From positions 1 through 41,422 of the forward strand of contig JAUXDC010000001.1 in NCBI GenBank assembly GCA_030618605.1: a stretch of DNA of 41,422 nt. Reading direction: 5' to 3'. Each line of letters starts with the position of its first letter. The first letter of the stretch is position 1. Position numbers and translations under genes: made by a program. Under the pieces are notes generated by a model that ran no database searches, was not told the DNA's origin, and saw nothing but the letters and a program-made list of their open reading frames with translations. Origin of the DNA: Holophagae bacterium. GTDB taxonomy: Bacteria > Acidobacteriota > Thermoanaerobaculia > Thermoanaerobaculales > Sulfomarinibacteraceae. This document shows, in pieces, positions 9,874-16,387 of this stretch.

Positions 9874-9893
9874 ATGAATGAACACTCATTCAT
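9874..9893. promoter_or_regulatory. Perfect 8+8 palindrome, candidate TetR/FadR-type operator
   Basis: ATGAATGA-ACAC-TCATTCAT, 35-54 nt upstream of the acyl-CoA dehydrogenase start codon. Confidence 0.45.
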
Positions 9894-9962
9894 TCTCTCC
9901 GAAGTGCTGCGGGTTTGTCAAGGTGCGGCATGGGGGGCCCGACGGCGATTCGCCGTCAGGGG

Positions 9963-10135
9963 GTCGAAGAGTCGAAGAGTCAAAGAGGTCTGTAGGGGCG
10001 GACCCCTGTGTCCGCCCGTGTTGAGCCCAAGAGTTCGATGGAAAAGGAAGGGTTGAAGAGGTCAAAGAGTCAAAGGGGTCACAAAGGTCGAAGAGGTCGA
10101 AGGGTGTAAGAGTACAAGAGTGAAAGAGTTCAAGA
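9963..10135. repeat. GTNNAAGA octamer word arrays flanking GC hairpins
   Basis: GTCGAAGA GTCGAAGA GTCAAAGA at 9963-9986, and about 10 further GTNNAAGA(G) words at 10052-10135, all in the same orientation. Associated hairpins: GACGGCG-ATT-CGCCGTC (9941-9957, just upstream of the arrays) and GGGCGGAC-CCCTGT-GTCCGCCC (9996-10017, between them). Confidence 0.75.
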
Positions 10136-10252
10136 GTGGGGACGGGTGCCCTGTCGGAGAAGTGTTCTTGGATTTTGGATTGGTTGGTGGCTTCAGCACC
10201 GTCAGGAGCAACGGCCGCGTCGGCTGGCAGGATCAGCGTCAGTTGACAAACG

Positions 10253-10286
10253 ACAACAAAAAACCCGGCGGTTGCCCGCCGGGTTT
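10253..10286 (-). terminator. Rho-independent terminator of pnp
   Basis: Minus strand reads AAACCCGGCGG-GCAA-CCGCCGGGTTT followed by TTTTTTGTTGT, beginning 6 nt after the pnp stop. Confidence 0.8.
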
Positions 10287-10291
10287 GGTGT

Positions 10292-12514
10292 TTATCGTCG
10301 TGGTCCGCGATCCCGGTCGCGTCCACCGCGGTTATCGCGGTCGCGTCCGCCACCGCCCGGGCGTCCGCCTCGTCGGTCGCCGACGGGGTCACGTTCGGGA
10401 ATGTCCTCGCCTCGCTCACGGGCCTCGTCTTCGAGGATGACCCGGCGGGAGAGCTTGATGCGGTCCTGACCGTCTATGTCGATGATGCGGACCCGCATCT
10501 CATCACCAATGGCCAGCACGTCGCGGATATCCGGGATGCGCTCCATGGCGACTTCGGAGATGTGGACCAGGCCGTCCTGGTTGGGCAGGATTTCGACGAA
10601 GGCCCCGTAGGGTTCAAGGCGTTTGACCGTGCCGTCGAATTCTTCGCCGATCTCGGGCACCTTGGTCAGGCCCTCGATGATGGCAATGGCCTTTTCGGCC
10701 GCCGCCCCATCGCTGGTAGCGATCTGAACGGTACCGTCGTCCTCGACATTGATCTTGGCGCCGGTCTGCTCGACGATGGCCCGGATGGTCTTGCCGCCCG
10801 CGCCGATGATGTTGCGGATCTGCTCAACGTCAACCTTCATCGTATAGATGCGAGGTGCGTAGGGCGAAATTTCTTCGCGGCCCTCGGAAATCGCATCCTT
10901 CATGATGCCCAGGATGTGGAGGCGACCCTGGCGGGCCTGCTCCAGCGCCTGTTCGAGGATCTGCCGGGGCAGACCGGAGACCTTGATATCCATCTGAAGG
11001 GCGGTGATTCCTTCGCCGGTTCCCGTGACTTTGAAGTCCATGTCGCCGTAGTGGTCTTCCTGACCGGCGATATCGGACAACACGGCGTGGCGTTCGCCGT
11101 CTGAGACCAGGCCCATGGCGACGCCGGCAACTGCAGACGAAAGTGGCGCCCCGGCGTCCATCATCGACAAGGACCCGCCGCAGACCGAAGCCATCGACGA
11201 GGAGCCGTTCGATTCCGTGATGTCGGACACGATCCGCATGGTGTAGGGGAACGCTTCCTCGGTGGGCAGGACCGGCAGGAGGGCCCGACGGGCCAGATTG
11301 CCGTGGCCGATCTCGCGGCGGCTCGAACCTCTCAGGAAACGGGCCTCTCCAACCGAGAAGGGCGGAAAGTTGTAGTGGAGCATGAAGGGCTCTTTCCACT
11401 CGCCCTTGTAGCTCTCGATCAACTGGCGGTCCTGAGAGACGCCCAGGGTGCAGGTGACGATTGCCTGGGTCTCGCCCCGGGTAAAGAGGGCCGATCCATG
11501 CGAGCGCGGCAGAAAGCCGACTTCGCAGGCGATCGAACGGATCTCGTCAAATGCACGGCCGTCGAGGCGTTTCTTCTCACCGAGGATGGTCTCGCGTGTG
11601 ATCTCCTTGGTCATCAGGCGGAACACGCCCTTGACCCAGGGGGTCTTCTCGTCGGCTTCGTCGCCCAAGGCATCAAGGGCCTTGTCGCGAACGGCGTTGA
11701 TAGCGTCCTTCTGCTCGAACTTGCCCTTGACGTGCATCGCCTCGGTCAATTCGGCCTTCCATTGCTGGCGGACCTCATCGTCAAATCCTGCGGGCCATGG
11801 GGCGGCAGGTGCTTCGAAGCTCGCCTTGACGACGCCGCGCTCGGCAACGATTTCGAGTTGGAGGGCGATGAGGCGTTTGATTTCGGTGTGGGCCAACTCC
11901 AGGGCGTCGATGATGACGCTTTCCGGGAGTTCGTTGGCGCCGCACTCCACCATGGCGATGGCGTTTTCGGTGCCGGAGACCACCAGATCGAGATCGGAGG
12001 CTTCGCGCTGCGCGTAGGTCGGGAAGAGTACGAACTCTCCGTCGACTCGGCCTACCCGGACCGCACCGAGCGGGTTGTTGAAGGGAATCGAACCGGCGAC
12101 CATCAGGGCGATCGAAGCGCCGTTCATGGCCAGGACGTCGGGGTCATTGTCATTGTCGGCGGACAGTACCCAACCGATGACCTGGGTCTCGACGAAGTAG
12201 CTGTCGGGGAACTGCGGGCGCAGGCCGCGGTCGATGACGCGGCAGGTCAGGGTTTCTTTCTCCGACGGGCGGCCTTCACGCTTGAAGAAGCCGCCGGGGA
12301 TCCGGCCACCGGCGTAGGTATTCTCGCGGTAATCAACGGTCAGGGGCAGAAAGTCTGCTCCGCCCCTGGGCTCGTCGGCGCCGCATGCGGTGACCAGAAC
12401 CATCGAATCGTCGAGGCGAACCACGACGGAGCCGGCGGCCTGTTTGGCGATTTTGCCCAACTCAAACGAGATGGTCGTATCACCGAATGTGATTGTTTTG
12501 TTAGTGATTGTCAT
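10292..12514 (-). CDS. pnp: Polynucleotide phosphorylase
   Basis: 740 aa. Collinear with PNPase as I recognise it (two RNase PH-like regions, KH, S1), e.g. FMLHYNFPPFSVGE and GAFVEILPNQDGLVHISE. Ends in an Arg/Gly-rich tail. Confidence 0.97.
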   Translation of the reverse strand: MTITNKTITFGDTTISFELGKIAKQAAGSVVVRLDDSMVLVTACGADEPRGGADFLPLTVDYRENTYAGGRIPGGFFKREGRPSEKETLTCRVIDRGLRPQFPDSYFVETQVIGWVLSADNDNDPDVLAMNGASIALMVAGSIPFNNPLGAVRVGRVDGEFVLFPTYAQREASDLDLVVSGTENAIAMVECGANELPESVIIDALELAHTEIKRLIALQLEIVAERGVVKASFEAPAAPWPAGFDDEVRQQWKAELTEAMHVKGKFEQKDAINAVRDKALDALGDEADEKTPWVKGVFRLMTKEITRETILGEKKRLDGRAFDEIRSIACEVGFLPRSHGSALFTRGETQAIVTCTLGVSQDRQLIESYKGEWKEPFMLHYNFPPFSVGEARFLRGSSRREIGHGNLARRALLPVLPTEEAFPYTMRIVSDITESNGSSSMASVCGGSLSMMDAGAPLSSAVAGVAMGLVSDGERHAVLSDIAGQEDHYGDMDFKVTGTGEGITALQMDIKVSGLPRQILEQALEQARQGRLHILGIMKDAISEGREEISPYAPRIYTMKVDVEQIRNIIGAGGKTIRAIVEQTGAKINVEDDGTVQIATSDGAAAEKAIAIIEGLTKVPEIGEEFDGTVKRLEPYGAFVEILPNQDGLVHISEVAMERIPDIRDVLAIGDEMRVRIIDIDGQDRIKLSRRVILEDEARERGEDIPERDPVGDRRGGRPGGGGRDRDNRGGRDRDRGPRR

Positions 12515-12606
12515 GTTTTTTCCGTTCTTCTTCCGCCGGGGGTCCGCCGACGGGGTCGTCAGGTGGAGGGGGAGGCGCCGCGAATCAGTGCCTCACCAGC
12601 CAGCCG

Positions 12607-12876
12607 TCAGCCGCGGAGGCCGAGGCGTTCCACCAAGGAGCGATAGCGCGTGATGTCTTTGCCCTTGAGGTAGTCGAGCAACCGGCGACGGCGTCCAACC
12701 AGGCGCAAGAGACCACGGCGAGAGTGGAAGTCTTTCTTGAAAGACTTGAAGTGCTCGGTCAGGTACTGGATCCTCTTGGTCAGCAGTGCAATCTGCACCT
12801 CCGGGGATCCGGTATCGTTGGTGTGGGTTTTGAATTCTCCGATAATCGTTTCTTTCTGAGCGTCAAAATGACTCAT
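12607..12876 (-). CDS. rpsO: 30S ribosomal protein S15
   Basis: [44 protein letters not shown]...[18 protein letters not shown], 89 aa. Tandem ATGs at 12879 and 12876 follow GGAGGA; 12876 has the better spacing. Confidence 0.95.
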   Translation of the reverse strand: MSHFDAQKETIIGEFKTHTNDTGSPEVQIALLTKRIQYLTEHFKSFKKDFHSRRGLLRLVGRRRRLLDYLKGKDITRYRSLVERLGLRG

Positions 12877-12916
12877 CATTCCTCCGTTGTTCCTCCGGTG
12901 GCGAGGAGGCTTGGCC

Positions 12917-12945
12917 ACCATACCAGGAAGTGGTTTTCAGTGCAA
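12917..12945 (-). promoter_or_regulatory. Candidate sigma70-type promoter of rpsO
   Basis: Minus strand reads TTGCAC, 17 nt, TATGGT, about 40 nt upstream of the rpsO ATG. Confidence 0.35.
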
Positions 12946-13052
12946 TGGTTATGGGCTTTTCATCGATCGCCTAAGAAGTCGCGAGGGCTCGTCTACGACG
13001 GTGTGGACACTGAGGCTGTCCCTGCCGCGGGCGCTGTTTCTTGAAATTCCCC

Positions 13053-13101
13053 CACTTTCCCCTTTCCAATGTACCGGGCACCTTTCCAGGGGACCTTTCC
13101 A
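13053..13101. repeat. CCTTTCCA word cluster
   Basis: CACTTTCC (13053-13060) and CCTTTCCA at 13061, 13081 and 13094. Confidence 0.5.
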
Positions 13102-13229
13102 ACCTCTTGTCAATCGGCAATACTCGGACGATCGCCGTTTATGGAACAGGCATTGGCGCATCTGGAGAATTTGCCTCGCCCGGTGGAGTTGGGAGTCGAA
13201 GCCGGGGGAGCCGCCTTGAGACGCTCCGG

Positions 13230-13460
13230 CTAGTGGTAGTCGGTGATTTCGACTTCGTAGGCATGTCCATTCTCCCATCTGAAACAGATCCGGTACTGTT
13301 GATTGACACGGATACTGAGTTGCGTTTTTCGACTCCCGCGGAGGCGCTCCAGCCGATTCCCGGGAGGGATCGAGAGCTCTTCGATCTCTCGAACCCGGTT
13401 TATCTGATCAAGCTTCCGTCGGGCGCCTGTGGGCTGGTGGATGGCTCGGCTGTGGGTGGC
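13230..13460 (-). pseudogene. higB: HigB/RelE-type toxin remnant lacking any start codon
   Basis: Minus frame reads ...ARRKLDQINRVREIEELSIPPGNRLERLRGSRKTQLSIRVNQQYRICFRWENGHAYEVEITDYH*. There is no ATG, GTG or TTG in this frame between the truB stop (13578) and the domain. The 5' boundary is approximate. Confidence 0.6.
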
Positions 13461-13577
13461 TGGCGCTTGCCGAGCCGTTTCGAGTTGGAGTGATTGGGTG
13501 CTTTGGTTCTTGGTGTTATTGGGGGTGTGAAGGTGAATCTTGCGACGGCCTTCGCCTTCAAGAACGAAGGTCGGGAA

Positions 13578-14528
13578 TCAGGCGCTCTGCTCCGCCAAAA
13601 CCAACGACGGACGAACGGTGATCGTCCGGCCCCGGGCAATGATGGAGGTGACTTCGCCAATACCGAGAAGCTCATCCCCCCTGCGGACGGCCACCGGGCC
13701 CTTGTCTTCGAAGATTTCGGTTTCAGAGCGCAAGATGACGACCTCTTGCCCATGGATGAAACGAGCGGCCGCGGTTGGGTTGATATCGACCGACGGGAAG
13801 GGCAAAGGGATCTTCGACAATGGGATCCAGTGAGGCCCTTCGATAATGCTCTCGGGATCCGGGGCCGTCTCGAGGTCATCTTGACTGATGGCCTCTTCCA
13901 CCCGAAAGGGTCCGATTCGGGTCCGCTCCAGGCGCCTGAGATGAGCCCCCCAGCCAAGTTCGACGCCGAGATCGTGGGCCAGGGATCGGACGTAGAAACC
14001 ACTCTCGGTTTCCACCTCGACCACGAGGTTTTCGGTGTCTTCCTGGTGGAGATGGAGGGAATGGACCTGGACGGTTTTCGGAGTAATCTCGACGTCCTGT
14101 CCTTTTCGGGCCAGTTCGTAGAGTTTTTTGCCGCCGACCTTCTTTGCGGAATACGCTGGGGGCATCTGGTCAAAGCTGCCGGAAAACTTCTCTTCGAGTT
14201 CAGAGATTTGATCGGGTGAAAGGGATTCGGGTTGCAGAGTGTCGCCGACCCGTTCACCCTCGGCGTCGTAGGTGTCGGTTGCCCACCCCAGTCGAACTCG
14301 GCCGCGGTAGGCCTTGTCCCACTTGAGGAGGTATTGCTGCAAACGGGTAGCCCGGCCGACACACAACAGGAGCAGGCCCTCGGCCATTGGGTCCAGGGTC
14401 CCGGTGTGGCCGATGCGGCGTTCTTTAAGGCTGCGGCGCGCGATGTCGACGATGTCGTGAGAGGTTGGGCCGGTCTTTTTGTACACGGGCAACAACCCGT
14501 TCCAGCGCGAGGGTCGCCTTCGGCTCAT
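13578..14528 (-). CDS. truB: tRNA pseudouridine(55) synthase
   Basis: Catalytic motif GHTGTLDPMAEGLLLLCVGRATRL. 316 aa. 4-nt overlap with the upstream nrnA stop. Confidence 0.95.
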   Translation of the reverse strand: MSRRRPSRWNGLLPVYKKTGPTSHDIVDIARRSLKERRIGHTGTLDPMAEGLLLLCVGRATRLQQYLLKWDKAYRGRVRLGWATDTYDAEGERVGDTLQPESLSPDQISELEEKFSGSFDQMPPAYSAKKVGGKKLYELARKGQDVEITPKTVQVHSLHLHQEDTENLVVEVETESGFYVRSLAHDLGVELGWGAHLRRLERTRIGPFRVEEAISQDDLETAPDPESIIEGPHWIPLSKIPLPFPSVDINPTAAARFIHGQEVVILRSETEIFEDKGPVAVRRGDELLGIGEVTSIIARGRTITVRPSLVLAEQSA

Positions 14529-15508
14529 TGGATATTCTCCAGCAGTGCTTTGAGTCTTGGGAGCAGGGCGTCACGGGCGGTGCCGAGGTCGCCGTCGATC
14601 GAACAACCTGCGGCGTTGGTGTGGCCGCCGCCGCCGAAGGATACCGCAACACGGCGAACGTCGGTTGTACCCCTTGATCGCAGGCTGACGCGTACTGCAT
14701 TGCCATCGGTCTGTTTGAGGAAGGCTACGATTTCAACCCCGGCGATTGACCGGGGCAGATTGACGATCTGGTCGGTGTCGGAGCCTTGAGCACCGGCGTG
14801 GGCGAAGGCCTCCGGCCCGACCTCGATCAGGGCCAGTTGATTGGCGCTGTGCATCTCCAGGGTAGAGAGGGCCTCGGCCAACAGGCGCACCGAGCCCAAC
14901 GTTCGACGCTCATGCACCAGTTCGGAGACCAGGGTTGGATCTGCGCCCCACTCGACCATCTCCGCAGCGGTGCGGAAGGCTCGCCCGGTCGCGTTGGAAT
15001 ACCGGAAATCCCCGGTGTCGGTAGAAAGAGCGGCAAAAAGAGCGGTCGCCGCCTGAGGTGAGGGCTCAACCGGAGCTTCCTCGAACAGCCGCCAGATCAT
15101 TTCACCGGCTGCGGGAGAGTCCTCGTCGAGAAAGTTCAGCTCGCCAAAGCGATCATTGGCTTTGTGGTGGTCGATGTTGAGGATTGGCACCCTGTGTAGA
15201 CCGTCGAATCCTGTTCGATCCAGTCCGGGGCACTCCATGGTTGCAACCAGATCGTACGCACCCGGGAAATCCTCGGGGAGGGCTTCGGCGACAATCACTG
15301 CCTCAGCCCCTGGGAGTTCCCGAAGACCAAAAGGCAGAGGGTCACGGAAGAAAATCGACGTTTCTATCCCCAGTTTTTCGGCCAGCTCCGCGAATCCGAT
15401 GGCCGAGCCGAGGCAATCACCGTCGGGGCTCCGGTGGCCGGTGATTAGAATGCGGGAGCAACGGCGGAGCCGGTCAAGGACTTCTGCCGTGGTGTGGTCT
15501 CGATTCAT
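14525..15508 (-). CDS. nrnA: DHH/DHHA1 phosphoesterase (NrnA-like oligoribonuclease/pAp phosphatase)
   Basis: ITGHRSPDGDCLGS, NIDHHKAN, GGGHTNAAG. 4-nt overlap with the rbfA stop. Confidence 0.85.
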   Translation of the reverse strand: MNRDHTTAEVLDRLRRCSRILITGHRSPDGDCLGSAIGFAELAEKLGIETSIFFRDPLPFGLRELPGAEAVIVAEALPEDFPGAYDLVATMECPGLDRTGFDGLHRVPILNIDHHKANDRFGELNFLDEDSPAAGEMIWRLFEEAPVEPSPQAATALFAALSTDTGDFRYSNATGRAFRTAAEMVEWGADPTLVSELVHERRTLGSVRLLAEALSTLEMHSANQLALIEVGPEAFAHAGAQGSDTDQIVNLPRSIAGVEIVAFLKQTDGNAVRVSLRSRGTTDVRRVAVSFGGGGHTNAAGCSIDGDLGTARDALLPRLKALLENIQ

Positions 15509-15897
15509 CGTTCATCCTCCGGACCTGTGGCTGGAGGTATGACGCCGTCGGTGTGGAGTTTGTCGAACAGTCGTTCGAGCTTGTCGCCATACGCGTAGGA
15601 GCCGTCTCTGGAAAACTCGAGGACCGGAAGGGCTCTCATACGCATCCTTCGGCCCAGTTCCCGGCGCAAGAATGGTGATGCGGCGTCGAAGCCGTCGGCG
15701 GCCTGCCTCTCGCGTTCTTCGTCTCCGACGACCGAGAAGTAGATCTTCGCCAGAGTCTTGTCGCGGTTGAGGCGTACGGTTGAAATAACGACGCCCTCGA
15801 GTCTTGGATCATTGACCTTGTGGATCAAGGTCTCCGCCAGTACGGTCCGAATCTCGGACGCCAGCCGCTGTTTTCGATCAAATGCCTGGTGGGACAT
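15505..15897 (-). CDS. rbfA: Ribosome-binding factor A
   Basis: RLASEIRTVLAETLIHKVNDPRLEGVVISTVRLNRDKTLAKIYFSV. Start at ATG 15897 (AAGGAG, 6 nt, ATG) rather than the track's 15930. Confidence 0.9.
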   Translation of the reverse strand: MSHQAFDRKQRLASEIRTVLAETLIHKVNDPRLEGVVISTVRLNRDKTLAKIYFSVVGDEERERQAADGFDAASPFLRRELGRRMRMRALPVLEFSRDGSYAYGDKLERLFDKLHTDGVIPPATGPEDER

Positions 15898-15947
15898 GAG
15901 GTGCTCCTTATTTTCGAACCGTCGAGACATCGCAAGATGGTTAGAAA

Positions 15948-16036
15948 GCTATTAGCTATTAGCAGTTAGCAAGACAGCGTCTCGACTCTCGGAGGAGTCT
16001 TCCGAGCTAATCGCTAAAAGCTAACTGCTAATTGCT
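15948..16036. repeat. TTAGC-type heptamer inverted arms inside the infB-rbfA operon
   Basis: Arm 1 is GCTATTA GCTATTA GCAGTTA GCAAG (15948-15973). Arm 2 is GCTAATC GCTAAAA GCTAACT GCTAATT GCT (16006-16036). They share 13 nt of exact complementarity (ATTAGCAGTTAGC). Central hairpin GACTC-TCGGAG-GAGTC at 15984-15999. Confidence 0.8.
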
Positions 16037-16057
16037 CCCGGCCTTGCCGGGCTCAAA

Positions 16058-16363
16058 TCATACCTGAACGATCTCCACGTCCCACATGAGGATATTTCCC
16101 GACCAGTTCTGGTCAATTGTCTGTTCCACCCGACGAAGGCGGGACTCGACGTCTACCGGATCAGCCGAGAACGCACAGACGGCGAAGGCCGCCCTTTGGT
16201 GAAGATTCTGATGATCGACCTCGGTGACGAGTACCTGATGCCGGCTTCGGATTCGTTCGATCAATGACCGTGTGTGGCTTCTCTTTGCCTTGAGGTTTCT
16301 CGCTTCTGGGATATGAAGTTCGAGTCGGCCGATTCCGACATATAGTGTGATTTCCATATCCAA
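16058..16363 (-). CDS. DUF503 (YlxP-like) protein
   Basis: GIGRLELHIPEARNLKAKRSHTRSLIERIRSRHQVLVTEVDHQNLHQRAAFAVCAFS. Sits in the typical position between infB and rbfA. Confidence 0.85.
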   Translation of the reverse strand: MDMEITLYVGIGRLELHIPEARNLKAKRSHTRSLIERIRSRHQVLVTEVDHQNLHQRAAFAVCAFSADPVDVESRLRRVEQTIDQNWSGNILMWDVEIVQV

Positions 16364-16387
16364 CCTCTGTTTTGGGGCGCGGACTTC

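Noticed and set aside
9886-10419. 177-aa minus ORF spanning the pnp 3' end and the repeat-filled spacer
   Set aside because: It overlaps the pnp tail and terminator, and otherwise translates the octamer arrays (DLFDLCDPFDSL...). It is not a gene.
11303-12646. 447-aa plus-strand ORF (and 10562..11104, 11448..12017)
   Set aside because: These are antisense to pnp, which is unambiguous. They contain no motifs.
13400-14362. 320-aa minus-strand ORF
   Set aside because: It is an out-of-frame overlap of truB with an S/P/R/T-rich translation. The truB frame carries the catalytic motif.
13230-14528. TruB-HigB read-through fusion (same frame, single TGA at 13578)
   Set aside because: Sharing a frame has a one-in-three chance. 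The linker is not protein-like, and I saw no recoding signal. A pseudogene is the simpler explanation.
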